A stretch of DNA of 64,000 nucleotides from contig CAZDWZ010000005.1 of NCBI GenBank assembly GCA_964509425.1, positions 193,604-257,603 of the forward strand. The letters run 5' to 3'. Each line of letters begins with the position of its first letter. The first letter of the stretch is position 1. A model generated the notes under the pieces. That model ran no database searches and was not told where the DNA came from. It saw only the letters and a list, made by a program, of their open reading frames with translations. Of the stretch, positions 48,890-58,441 are shown one piece after another. The position numbers were made by a program, and so were the translations under genes. This stretch comes from an uncultured Bdellovibrionales bacterium. Lineage in GTDB: Bacteria; Bdellovibrionota_C; UBA2361; SZUA-149; CAZDWZ01.

Positions 48890-50091
48890 TTCGCGTGGGT
48901 CTCGATATCAGAGCGACCCAACCGGGTTTCCGCGCGCATTTCGGAAGAGGCACCGGGAGATATACCGCGGAGCTTGCCGCCCGCCTGGTGGGAAGATCGG
49001 AAGGCGGCATCGAGGTCGGGGCCATGCTTCCCGAGCAACTACTTGGAATGCGGTTCGAGGAGCAGCTCCTCAAGCTCCTCCCTCTTGGAAAACAAACTCT
49101 CCACACGCAGGTGGTGCTTCCGCGAATTCTCGGCCGACTTCCATTTGACGCGCTGCACTTTCCTCATCACGGAGACACGACGGCTCGTTGTCCGATTCCG
49201 TTTTGTGTCACGGTTCTCGATCTCATTCCTATTCGCTTCCCGGACCTCTATAAGCCAAAGCGCGCGAGTTGGAGATTTCACCTCGCGAGGAAACTCGAGC
49301 TGGATACCATCCGGGCGGCATCCGGCATCTTTGCCATCAGCGAGGCCACGAAAAAGGACGTGGTGGACCTTCTCGGGATAGCTCCGGAGCGAATCGTCGT
49401 TACGCCGCTCGGAGTCGATGAAAAGTTCAAGTTGCGGGCACCCTCCTGGAGGGTCGACGGGCAGGCTGTGAGATCCAAGTTCTCGCTTCCGAATGACCGC
49501 CCCCTCCTGTTCTATTTTGGGGGGATCGACCCCAGGAAAAACGTCCCGTTTCTCCTCGAGGTGTTGAGGGCCTACAAAACCAAGAATCTCGGAAAGTCGG
49601 CGCTCCCGCTCCTCATTCTGGCCGGGGCATATGAAAAGGATGAAAGATTTCCTGATCTGAAGAAAAAAATCGCCGCTCTCGACTTGAACGAAGATACGCG
49701 CTTGCTAGGATATGTCTCCGAGGATGACCTCCTCTCTCTTCTTGCGGCAACCGATGTTCTGGCCTTTCCCAGCCTCTACGAAGGATTCGGACTTCCGGTC
49801 CTTGAAGCGATGGCGTGCGGAGTTCCGGTGCTCGCGGGAGGGAACTCCTCGCTGTTTGAAGTGATGGGGGAAGATTATCCTCTCTGCCGCGACGGAGACG
49901 TAGATGATTGGCTTAAAAAGTTGGAGTGGGTTCTCTCAAATGAACCGGAACGCTCGAGGCTGGCACAATGCGGACTGAAGCGCGCAAAGCTCTTCACCTG
50001 GGACAGGACGGCGGAGCTGACTCTCGGGGGATTGAGACAGTTCCTGCCTCCGGCGCAAGCGGGGAAAACCGCAAAGCGCGTGGGGCAGTAG
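48886..50091 (+). CDS. Glycosyltransferase family 4
   Basis: Carries YEGFGLPVLEAMACGVPVLA. Its start overlaps the upstream stop. Confidence 0.8.
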   Translation: MIRVGLDIRATQPGFRAHFGRGTGRYTAELAARLVGRSEGGIEVGAMLPEQLLGMRFEEQLLKLLPLGKQTLHTQVVLPRILGRLPFDALHFPHHGDTTARCPIPFCVTVLDLIPIRFPDLYKPKRASWRFHLARKLELDTIRAASGIFAISEATKKDVVDLLGIAPERIVVTPLGVDEKFKLRAPSWRVDGQAVRSKFSLPNDRPLLFYFGGIDPRKNVPFLLEVLRAYKTKNLGKSALPLLILAGAYEKDERFPDLKKKIAALDLNEDTRLLGYVSEDDLLSLLAATDVLAFPSLYEGFGLPVLEAMACGVPVLAGGNSSLFEVMGEDYPLCRDGDVDDWLKKLEWVLSNEPERSRLAQCGLKRAKLFTWDRTAELTLGGLRQFLPPAQAGKTAKRVGQ

Positions 50092-50096
50092 TTCGC

Positions 50097-52118
50097 ATGG
50101 CCGGAACGCTCCGCCCAACTCCCCACCGCCTAGAGTCAAAGGATTATCTTCTCATTGCTGTTCTGGTTTGCCTCGGACTCGCCCTCCGGCTCTTTTTCAT
50201 TTCCGGTCGCGGCAGCATCATCGACTCCGATGAAGCGATCGTCGGGCTGATGGCGAAGCACATAAACGAGGGACGTCCCTGGCCAATCTTCTATTACGGC
50301 CAACCCTACATGGGGACGCTCGAATCTTTCGTCGCCGCGATCTTTTTCCGGCTTTTTGGACAGTCGAATGTCTCGCTCAAGCTTGTTCCTGTTGTTTTCT
50401 CTCTCTTTCAAATCGCACTGGTCTATCTCTTGGCGCTTCGCTTCGTTACGCGGAAGGGTGCTGCGATAGCCGGACTCCTGACGGCGCTTCCGCCCGCTGG
50501 TTTTCTGCTCTGGAGCACGATGGCGAGGGGAGGGTTCATCGAATTGGTGGTTCTCGGAACCTTATCGTTTATTCTCGCTATCGATATCCTCCGAACCGAA
50601 ACGCCGCGCTCGACCCAGTTTCTCTTCCTCGGCATCATCCTCGGTCTTGGGTGGTGGACGAACAATCAGATGATTTTCTATCTGGTTCCGCTCGCTTTGG
50701 TGTTTCTCGCCTGGTTCGGTGCGCGCTTTCCGTTCAAGAAGGCAATCTCTTGGCTGCTGCTCACTGCGACCGGCTTTTTCGTGGGCAGTGCGCCGTTCTG
50801 GAGTTTTAATCTCCTCCGCAAGCCTCGCTGGCAGACCTTTGAGCTGCTCACCCGTCCGCAAAACTCCACCGGGTTCTCCGATCATTTCTCCGGCTACTTC
50901 TCGGAGGCACTCCCCATAATCTTTGGGGCGCGCCGTTTTTGGTCCGACGTGGATTTATTTCCGTATGCGACGCCGGTGGCCTATGCCGTATATTCGATCG
51001 TGTTGCTCCTTTTCCTCATCCGGGCCGTCCGTTCGTCCGGGGATGCTTGGACTCGGGCCGCGAATGGAATCGTCCTCGTCTTCCTGCTGACCGTTCCGCT
51101 TATCTTCTCAGCGAGCAGCTTCGGCTGGTTGTCGAAGGCGCCAAGATATCTGCTGCCCCTTTATTCGGTGCTCTTCATCTGTATCGCGGCGGCCTCCGAC
51201 GATCTTTGGCGGCTGGGGTCGCTCCCCGCCCGAGCTTCGGCCTTCCTCCTTGTTGCCGTGACGCTTTTCATAAACACCGCGTCGACCTGGATCGGCGGGC
51301 TCGCCGTTCCGGCACAGCCCTTCGTCGCACACGGCGATCGGGTAGCAGAGGACCAGAGCGAACTGTACCGATGGCTTGCCGCGAATCGCTACTCCCATAT
51401 CTGGACGAACTACTGGATTGGGTATCGAACCGCCTTTGAAACGAATGAAACCGTTACCTTCAGTCGTTTTGGAGATCCCCGAACGCTGCGGATTCCGGAA
51501 TATGAATCCGAAATCTCACCGTTCGATAATGACGAAGTGTATGTCTTGGTCCAGAGCGAATCCCGGTATTGGCGGGCAGCGCTCGCCCGGCTGGGTTACG
51601 CCTTCCGAGTGTCGAAGGTGGGCGAGTATGTGGTCTTTGATGAGGTCCGTCCCCAATCGGAGCAGGGAGCGCCTATCGCCCTCCGGCCGGACCAGATTCG
51701 AGCGACTTCAAGGAAGGAATGGACGGGCCGGGTGGTCGACGGCGACAGTGGGACGCGCTGGGGAAGCGGGATGCCGCAAGAACCCGGAATGGGGGTGGAG
51801 GTCTGGTTTGATACGCCGACCGCGATAGCCGGGGTCGAGCTCGATCACGGGCGGTACGTAACTGATGTCCCCCGTCATTTGGCCGTGCTCGCTCTCCTCG
51901 AAGACGGAAGCTGGTGCGAGCTCGTGGACCTCGGAGGCTTCGAGACTTCCGATCTCCTCCAATCCTCCCAGTTTGAAACTTTCCCCCGCCTCCTCCGCCT
52001 GCATTTCGCTCCGAGAAAAGTTCGAGCGCTTCATTTTGAGCAGCGAGATCATGGGAAGGGCCCCTTCGATTGGTCAATCGCCGAGCTTCGTGTATTTAGT
52101 CCGGCGATCGAGAACTAG
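50097..52118 (+). CDS. GT-C-type membrane glycosyltransferase (PMT/ArnT-like) with a C-terminal discoidin (F5/8 type C)-like domain
   Basis: About 12 TM helices with a DSDEAIVG loop-1 acidic motif. The C-terminus (VDGDSGTRWGSG...) resembles a discoidin domain. Confidence 0.65.
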   Translation: MAGTLRPTPHRLESKDYLLIAVLVCLGLALRLFFISGRGSIIDSDEAIVGLMAKHINEGRPWPIFYYGQPYMGTLESFVAAIFFRLFGQSNVSLKLVPVVFSLFQIALVYLLALRFVTRKGAAIAGLLTALPPAGFLLWSTMARGGFIELVVLGTLSFILAIDILRTETPRSTQFLFLGIILGLGWWTNNQMIFYLVPLALVFLAWFGARFPFKKAISWLLLTATGFFVGSAPFWSFNLLRKPRWQTFELLTRPQNSTGFSDHFSGYFSEALPIIFGARRFWSDVDLFPYATPVAYAVYSIVLLLFLIRAVRSSGDAWTRAANGIVLVFLLTVPLIFSASSFGWLSKAPRYLLPLYSVLFICIAAASDDLWRLGSLPARASAFLLVAVTLFINTASTWIGGLAVPAQPFVAHGDRVAEDQSELYRWLAANRYSHIWTNYWIGYRTAFETNETVTFSRFGDPRTLRIPEYESEISPFDNDEVYVLVQSESRYWRAALARLGYAFRVSKVGEYVVFDEVRPQSEQGAPIALRPDQIRATSRKEWTGRVVDGDSGTRWGSGMPQEPGMGVEVWFDTPTAIAGVELDHGRYVTDVPRHLAVLALLEDGSWCELVDLGGFETSDLLQSSQFETFPRLLRLHFAPRKVRALHFEQRDHGKGPFDWSIAELRVFSPAIEN

Positions 52119-52129
52119 ACATCGCCGTC

Positions 52130-52210
52130 CCCCCTCTGTGCCTCTGTGTCTCTGTGGTTCAATAGACACTGTATTTCTTAATTTTTGAACCACAGAGGCA
52201 CAGAGGGGGG
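52130..52210. repeat. REP-like palindromic intergenic repeat (core CCTCTGTGCCTCTGTGGTT / AACCACAGAGGCACAGAGG)
   Basis: Near-perfect inverted repeat. Family members lie at 8185-8268, 9699-9747 (one arm, tandemised), 14300-14387, 31851-31962 and 37245-37290. Confidence 0.8.
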
Positions 52211-52242
52211 AGCAGCAGAGAATTTGGATTTTGTGGGGAGTT

Positions 52243-53343
52243 ATGGGACTGAATTGTGGAATCATCGGACTGCCGAACGTCGGAAAGTCGACTATCTTTA
52301 ATGCACTTACCGCGGCCGGAGCCGAGGCTGCGAATTACCCCTTTTGCACTATCGAGCCGAACACGGGCGTTGTCGCCGTTCCGGATTCGCGCATCGACGT
52401 GCTTGCGAAGATTGCAGGGTCTGCAAAGCTGATTCCGGCAGCGATGGAATTTGTTGACATCGCTGGTCTGGTAAAAGGTGCTTCTGAGGGTGCGGGGCTG
52501 GGGAATCAATTTCTCGGGCACATCCGCGCAGTAGATGCGCTCGTTCATGTCGTCCGGTGTTTCGATGATGAGAACATAGTCCACGTCGACGGTTCTATTT
52601 CTCCGAAGCGTGATGTCGAGGTCATCGAAACTGAGCTTCTCCTCGCCGACCTCGCGTCGGTGGATAAACGGATTGATCGGGTCGCCCGTGCCGCAAAGGG
52701 GGGTGATAAAGAGCTTAAGGCGGAGCTTGCGGCGCTCGAGTTCGCAAAAAAACATCTCGATCAAGGTGTCTCACTGCGCTTGGTTGACCCCGAGGGACAC
52801 GATTTAAAGAAATTAGACCTGCTTACAGCTAAGCCTGTCGTCTATCTCGCGAACGTCGCCGAGGCGGATGTTGCGCTTGAACCCACCCCTTCGGCGAGTG
52901 GTTATCTCGGCGAATTAGTTCGTTACGCGGAGTCTGTCGGGTCTCAAGTTGTCGTCATCTCCGGCCGTGTTGAATCCGAGATCAGCAGCCTCGATCCATC
53001 CGAGCGCGGAGAGTTCCTCGCGTCGCTTGATCTGAAAGAAAGCGGCCTCGATCGTCTGGCGAGGACCGGATATAAACTGTTGAATCTCATTACTTTTTTC
53101 ACCGTCGGGCCGAAAGAAGCGCATGCATGGACGTGCGAGCTCGGAGACGATGCGGTCGACGCTGCAGGAAAGATCCACACGGACTTTGCGAAGGGTTTCA
53201 TCCGCGCTGAAGTGATCGGCTACGACGATTACGTTCAGTTCGGCGGCGAGCTCGGCGCGAAAGAAAAGGGACTGCTGCGCGTCGAAGGAAAGCAGTACCT
53301 CATGCGCGATGGCGACATCGTTCACTTTCGATTCAACATTTGA
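52243..53343 (+). CDS. ychF: Ribosome-binding ATPase YchF
   Basis: Starts MGLNCGIIGLPNVGKSTIFNALT and ends in a TGS domain. Confidence 0.9.
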   Translation: MGLNCGIIGLPNVGKSTIFNALTAAGAEAANYPFCTIEPNTGVVAVPDSRIDVLAKIAGSAKLIPAAMEFVDIAGLVKGASEGAGLGNQFLGHIRAVDALVHVVRCFDDENIVHVDGSISPKRDVEVIETELLLADLASVDKRIDRVARAAKGGDKELKAELAALEFAKKHLDQGVSLRLVDPEGHDLKKLDLLTAKPVVYLANVAEADVALEPTPSASGYLGELVRYAESVGSQVVVISGRVESEISSLDPSERGEFLASLDLKESGLDRLARTGYKLLNLITFFTVGPKEAHAWTCELGDDAVDAAGKIHTDFAKGFIRAEVIGYDDYVQFGGELGAKEKGLLRVEGKQYLMRDGDIVHFRFNI

Positions 53344-53854
53344 TCGTCTTTCTGAAACTTTTCTAGGTGTCGCTGACATCTAATCTTCCGATTCACCACT
53401 CGGTGGTGATGCGCGACTCTCGCAAGATATCTTGTCGGCATACAGAATTTGCCCTACACAATTTCTCTGTGCGGACAAGATTTTTTTGTGTTAAGAGAGA
53501 TCGTGTTGGTGTGGTGGATGTGTGGTGTTTCACCTTTTTCCGATACGGGTAACAACTCTTGAAGTTGTATTCCGGATAGCTAAATCCGGGCTCCGCAGAA
53601 TCTTTTGAGACGAAAGTTTCGGAAGAAAAGTTGTTAGACGGAGTTGTCGAAATCGAGTTGTGCTGGTTGCGTTGCAACGATCGGAAACGGGCCGTGTGTT
53701 CCGGAAGACCGCCTCTCTAAACGGGGTCGGAAGGAAGACAGGAAACAACAATGCTTCGGCTGATAGAAGCCGAGGCCAGACGTCGGGACCGCGCTGGCGG
53801 AAGCTTATTTCTGCCTGATGCGCCTGATATCTTTAACTGAAGAGGAAAAAAGAC

Positions 53855-54022
53855 ATGGCTGTTAAGAAGAAAGTTGCAAAGAAGAAGACTGTTGCAAAGA
53901 AGAAGCCGGCAAAGAAGAAGGCTACAACCGCTCGTAAGTCGGCTGTAACTCGTAAGAAGCCAGCTCGTACCGCAGCTCGCAAGAAGACTGTGAAGAAGGC
54001 TGCAAAGAAGAAGACTGCTTAA
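53855..54022 (+). CDS. Small lysine/alanine-rich basic protein (histone H1-like / nucleoid-associated), 55 aa. It is not in the ORF track.
   Basis: Translation is MAVKKKVAKKKTVAKKKPAKKKATTARKSAVTRKKPARTAARKKTVKKAAKKKTA. An AGAGGA sequence lies 6-8 nt upstream, and a strong terminator follows. Confidence 0.6.
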   Translation: MAVKKKVAKKKTVAKKKPAKKKATTARKSAVTRKKPARTAARKKTVKKAAKKKTA

Positions 54023-54085
54023 TTCTTTAAGTAGCTTCGCGCTTCAATCGCGCTGTAATTCGTTATAGTGCGACTGGAGCCTAAA

Positions 54086-54117
54086 CCGCCGGGGGATTTC
54101 TTCCGGCGGTTTTTTTG
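54086..54117 (+). terminator. Rho-independent terminator
   Basis: Hairpin ccgccgggggatttcttccggcgg followed by TTTTTTTGTTTTT. Confidence 0.8.
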
Positions 54118-54322
54118 TTTTTCGGGCAAGATTTTCCTTCCCGAATGTCTGGGTAAATAACTAAAATCCTTGAAGAAATTCCGAGACGCCGGCGATGGTC
54201 CGCGCTCTTCAAACGATTTCGCATTTCTGTAATTGTATTTTCTCGGCATGAAAGAACGAAACGTCCCTCGAGTGGCCCTAAAGAGTGCCTTCAAGAGTGA
54301 CAGCGGTGCCGGAGACCCAGCG

Positions 54323-55258
54323 ATGAAATCAAATACAAAAGTTCTAATCGACGGCTTACTCGCCGGGAACGAGCGTGCACTCGCTCAAATCTTGACCATC
54401 ATCGAGAACAAGCAGCCTGACGCCGCTCAGGTTCTTGAAACCCTCTACCCGAAGTCGGGGCGTGCCTACGTGATCGGAATTACCGGGTCGCCGGGTGCGG
54501 GAAAGTCCACGCTCGTTGATAAGCTTGCCGAAGCGTTGCTGCTCGAGAAGAAAAAAGTGGCCGTGCTCGCCGTCGACCCGAGCAGTCCGTTCTCCGGCGG
54601 GTCATTGCTCGGAGACCGCATCCGGATGGTCAAAGCATCCGCGGATCAATCGGCGTTCATCCGTTCGATGGCATCCCGAGGTTCGCTGGGTGGACTAGGT
54701 CCGAGAACTTTCGAGGCGGTCATCGCGCTTGATGCCGCCGGATACGATTACATCTTGGTTGAAACCGTCGGCGTCGGACAAGCCGAAGTGGAAATCGTGC
54801 AGCTCGCGGATTCCGTGCTTGTCGTTCTCGTTCCGGGGATGGGGGACTCCGTTCAAGCATTCAAGGCCGGCATCCTCGAGATAGCGGATCTCTTCGTGGT
54901 GAACAAAGCCGATTACACGGGAGCCGACCGGCTCAAGAAGGATCTGCTTGCTCTCTTATCGCTTTCGAAAGCTGCTTGGCGGCCGCCTATCGTGGAGACC
55001 GTCGCGAGCGAGGGGAAAGGCACGCGGGAGCTTCTTCTCTCGATCAGAAAACACGCAGAATGGGCCGAATCGTCGGGTGAAAAGGCGGCGCGGCGAAAGA
55101 AGATATTGGAGGCTGCGTTCCACAAGGCGCTCGCGGAGAGAGCGACGGAAAAGGCTCTGGAAGCGGTTCAAAAGGCCGGCGGTAGCGAAGCGCTCCTTCT
55201 TGATATCAGCGAGAGAAAACTCGCTCCCTCTCTCGCTGCCAAGCGACTGGTAAAATAG
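54323..55258 (+). CDS. meaB: MeaB/ArgK-family GTPase (methylmalonyl-CoA mutase accessory). An alternative start lies at 54233.
   Basis: Carries the P-loop GITGSPGAGKST, then AVDPSSPFSGGSLLGDRIRM. Confidence 0.8.
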   Translation: MKSNTKVLIDGLLAGNERALAQILTIIENKQPDAAQVLETLYPKSGRAYVIGITGSPGAGKSTLVDKLAEALLLEKKKVAVLAVDPSSPFSGGSLLGDRIRMVKASADQSAFIRSMASRGSLGGLGPRTFEAVIALDAAGYDYILVETVGVGQAEVEIVQLADSVLVVLVPGMGDSVQAFKAGILEIADLFVVNKADYTGADRLKKDLLALLSLSKAAWRPPIVETVASEGKGTRELLLSIRKHAEWAESSGEKAARRKKILEAAFHKALAERATEKALEAVQKAGGSEALLLDISERKLAPSLAAKRLVK

Positions 55259-55287
55259 CGGATCGCAGAGCCCTGGAGATCGAGGTT

Positions 55288-56442
55288 TTATTTCTTGAAA
55301 GAGCCGCCGAACATTTCGCCCGCGGCAACTTTAATCATAACCTGCGTTGTTCCGCCGCCGATGGTGTTCAAGCGCAGATCTCTCAGCCATCGTTCGGGGA
55401 GAAACTCAGTCGTGTAGCCGTATCCCCCGTGGAGCTGCAGACAGCGATCGGCAACTTCAATCGCAAGCTCAGTGACGAAAATTTTTGCGAGGCTGACTTC
55501 CTTCCGGCAGCGTTTCCCTTCGAGGAGCATCGCGAGGCAGTGATGGGAGAACGCGGTGCCGGATTCAAGCCGGCTCCAGAGCGAGGTGAGCATCTCTTGG
55601 TTTGAATCAAAGCTTCCGACAGTTGTACCGAAGAGTTTCCGATCGTTTACGTATCTCACCGTGTCTTCGAGGCACTTTCTCGCGCCGCCAAGAGCCGCGA
55701 GCGAGAGCATGAGCCGCTCCCATTCAAGTGACGACATCGCCTGCGTCCATCCTTCTCCGACCTGACCGAGGACCATTTCGTCTGGGACAAAGACACTGTC
55801 GAACACGAGCTCTGCCGTATCAGAGGAATGCCAGCCGAGTTTTGTGAGGGTTCGTGCAACCGAAAACCCCTCGCTCTTCGCGTCGACGATGAAGGTCGTG
55901 TATCCGTGATAACCCTTTGACGCGTCGGTCTTGGCGAGCACCAGAATGTAAGCGGCTCGGGCACCATTCGTGATGAAGATTTTCGATCCGCTGAGCCGCC
56001 AGCCGTTTCCGTCTTTTACGGCTTTTGTCTGAACCTGCGTGAGATCGCTTCCAGCGCCGGGCTCCGTAAATGCGTAGGCTCCGATGGATTTTCCTTCCAC
56101 CGCGGACGCCAGCCACTTTTCCTTCGCTGATTCGGTGCCGAACCGTTGTATGGCCGGAGTGCAGACGAGCGCGTGCATATTTACACCGGTCGTAAGCCCG
56201 ACGGCGGGAATTCTCCCGAACTCCTCGCACCAGGCCGCTGCGAGCGCATAGTCACCACCCGAGCCGCCCCACTTGTCTTCGATGAGAGTGCCGAGAAATC
56301 CGGCGGAGCCGAGCTTCTCGAAGAGTGAAGAGGGAAAGTTCTTCTCTTCTTCCCAACGATTCACGTGGGGAAGGATCTCGCCTTCCGCAAACCGGCGAAT
56401 GGCTGTCTGAAACAAACGATGTTCTTCGCTGTAGATGCCCAT
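55288..56442 (-). CDS. Acyl-CoA dehydrogenase
   Basis: Carries FTEPGAGSD and an ACAD C-terminal helix domain. The internal ATG gives 385 aa. Confidence 0.85.
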   Translation of the reverse strand: MGIYSEEHRLFQTAIRRFAEGEILPHVNRWEEEKNFPSSLFEKLGSAGFLGTLIEDKWGGSGGDYALAAAWCEEFGRIPAVGLTTGVNMHALVCTPAIQRFGTESAKEKWLASAVEGKSIGAYAFTEPGAGSDLTQVQTKAVKDGNGWRLSGSKIFITNGARAAYILVLAKTDASKGYHGYTTFIVDAKSEGFSVARTLTKLGWHSSDTAELVFDSVFVPDEMVLGQVGEGWTQAMSSLEWERLMLSLAALGGARKCLEDTVRYVNDRKLFGTTVGSFDSNQEMLTSLWSRLESGTAFSHHCLAMLLEGKRCRKEVSLAKIFVTELAIEVADRCLQLHGGYGYTTEFLPERWLRDLRLNTIGGGTTQVMIKVAAGEMFGGSFKK

Positions 56443-56638
56443 GAATACCTTTCCTAGTTTGCTTCCGGCCGCGCAGATAATCGAGAGTTCGCTCCGAAGT
56501 GCGGAGAGAACAATTTCATTCTGTGATTTGATGATATAAGCTAACCGAAAGGAACAGAAACTAATTCTCCGGACCCGTGATGAGAAATGCAATCAGCGTC
56601 CTGTTCCAGAATCTGAGTTTCGCTCAAGGAAGAAGTCT

Positions 56639-56929
56639 ATGGCTACCCGCGATGATGTTATCGAAGCGATTAAAACTATTATCGACCCGGATCTCTACAT
56701 CGACATCTGGACGCTCGGGCTTATCTACGATGTGAATATCGAAGGCGATCAGCTCCACGTGAAGATGACGTTCACTTCCCCCGCATGTCCCTCCGGACCT
56801 GAGCTCGTTCAGGAAGTGAAGAACAAGACGGAGCAACTCGAAGGAATTGCTGCTACCACAGTCGAGGTCGTCTTTCGTCCTCCGTGGGAACCTTCTGAGG
56901 AATTAAAAGCGATGATGGGTATCATCTAG
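56639..56929 (+). CDS. sufT: DUF59/MIP18-family Fe-S assembly protein (SufT-like)
   Basis: Carries IIDPDLYIDIWTLGLIYDV and TSPACP. Confidence 0.75.
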   Translation: MATRDDVIEAIKTIIDPDLYIDIWTLGLIYDVNIEGDQLHVKMTFTSPACPSGPELVQEVKNKTEQLEGIAATTVEVVFRPPWEPSEELKAMMGII

Positions 56930-56954
56930 TATTCTCTAAGGGGAGGAACGGGAT

Positions 56955-58076
56955 TTGGATTTTCTTCTCAACTCCGATCAATCGGCAATCGGCGAGATCG
57001 TTCAAAAGTTTCTCCGGACCGAGCTTCCGGCAGAGAAAGTTCGCGGTTTGCTGGCCGATCCTTCAAAGCGCTTTGATCCCGCACAACGTGAGCTCTGGAC
57101 GAAATTTTTGTCGCTTGGCGCGGTCTCGGCGTGCCTACCGGAGGATCTCGGTGGCTTGGGCCTCGGCCTCTTGTCGGCCTCCGTGGCGGTCGAGAGCTGC
57201 CAGCCCTTGAACCACCTGCCGGTTTTTCAGACGCTTGCTTATGCAATCATTCCGCTCAGCGTCTGCCCGGAGAGTGAAGCGCTCGTTGCAGTTCTCGAGT
57301 CAGTCACGTCGGGTAAGGCGCTCGCATCCGGCGTCACACTGGTGGCCGGTGAGGGGCTTGAGGCCGAGAAATCCGGAGATGAAGTGCGCCTCTCGGGAGA
57401 AGTTTTTCCGCTCACCGGAGGAAAAGAGCTCGAAGTGCTCATCGTGTCGCTTATCGAAGGTGATGAGGTAAATATTCTCGGTTGTGACTTAAGGAACGCG
57501 CCGCGAGGATCGTTCTCACTCGAGTCGCTCGAGACTCTCGACCTCCTTCGCGAGTATTCATCTCTCAAGCTCGAAGAGACTCCATTCCAAGTACTCGGCA
57601 CTTTGCCGATGGCCGTCTTCACAGAAGTAGAGGCCGCGCAACTCGTACTGGCAGCTTCCGACCTGGTCGGCATCGGGTCCGCAGTTATGCGGATGACGGT
57701 CGAATACGTAAAAACCCGTGAGCAGTTTGGCCGGCCGATAGGCAGCTTCCAGGCGATCCAGCATTCCCTTGCTGATATGTTTGTTGCGCTGGAACAGGCG
57801 AGATCGCTCACGAGATTTGCAGCGTGGTGTGCCGATACCCACGACGCGCAGTTTCAAATCGCTTCGCATGCGGCAAAATCATTTGCGAGCGAAGTAATCC
57901 CGAGTCTCGTCGAGTCTGCCATTCAAGCTCACGGCGGAATCGGATTTACGTTTGAAAGCGACCTCCATCTCTCTCTTCGCCGCGCGAAGGTGCAGTCCAT
58001 CCTCCTCGGCGATGAGGCGGAGTCCGCGCGGACTTTGGCGACCTTGGAGCTGGGAGATACATTCGAAGCAATTTAA
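56955..58076 (+). CDS. Acyl-CoA dehydrogenase family protein
   Basis: ACAD-like middle and C-terminal domains across 373 aa. Confidence 0.65.
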   Translation: MDFLLNSDQSAIGEIVQKFLRTELPAEKVRGLLADPSKRFDPAQRELWTKFLSLGAVSACLPEDLGGLGLGLLSASVAVESCQPLNHLPVFQTLAYAIIPLSVCPESEALVAVLESVTSGKALASGVTLVAGEGLEAEKSGDEVRLSGEVFPLTGGKELEVLIVSLIEGDEVNILGCDLRNAPRGSFSLESLETLDLLREYSSLKLEETPFQVLGTLPMAVFTEVEAAQLVLAASDLVGIGSAVMRMTVEYVKTREQFGRPIGSFQAIQHSLADMFVALEQARSLTRFAAWCADTHDAQFQIASHAAKSFASEVIPSLVESAIQAHGGIGFTFESDLHLSLRRAKVQSILLGDEAESARTLATLELGDTFEAI

Positions 58077-58199
58077 GTTCCGGGACTTGGGTAGTGGGGT
58101 ATTTTAACGAAGAGATTCGTCAAAATACCCCACTACCGAGAGTCGATGGACTTGCCTTTCATCGGAGGTTCGTGCGACTCTCGGCGGCCTCATCAGTGC

Positions 58200-58273
58200 G
58201 CGTCCGTAGCTCAGCTGGATAGAGCAACTGGCTTCGAACCAGTAGGTCGGGCGTTCAAGTCGCTCCGGACGCA
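58200..58273 (+). tRNA. tRNA-Arg (anticodon TCG)
   Basis: Cloverleaf read by hand. The acceptor stem is GCGTCCG/CGGACGC. The D-arm is GCTC-AGCTGGATA-GAGC. The anticodon stem is ACTGG/CCAGT with loop CTTCGAA. The T-arm is GGGCG-TTCAAGT-CGCTC. No CCA is encoded, and a T-run follows. Confidence 0.85.
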
Positions 58274-58441
58274 TTTTTTTTCATTCCAGAGACTTTTGCC
58301 TACAGAAACATCAGAATGTGCTTCCGTAAGGCCGCGTCTTCGCGTCCTCGCCAGTGTCTGTATGCAAGCGTTTGTACGCAACTGCGGGGCGTATTACCGC
58401 CCCGCAATGCTTGAATAGTGGTGTGTCGGATTTTCTTCCGA

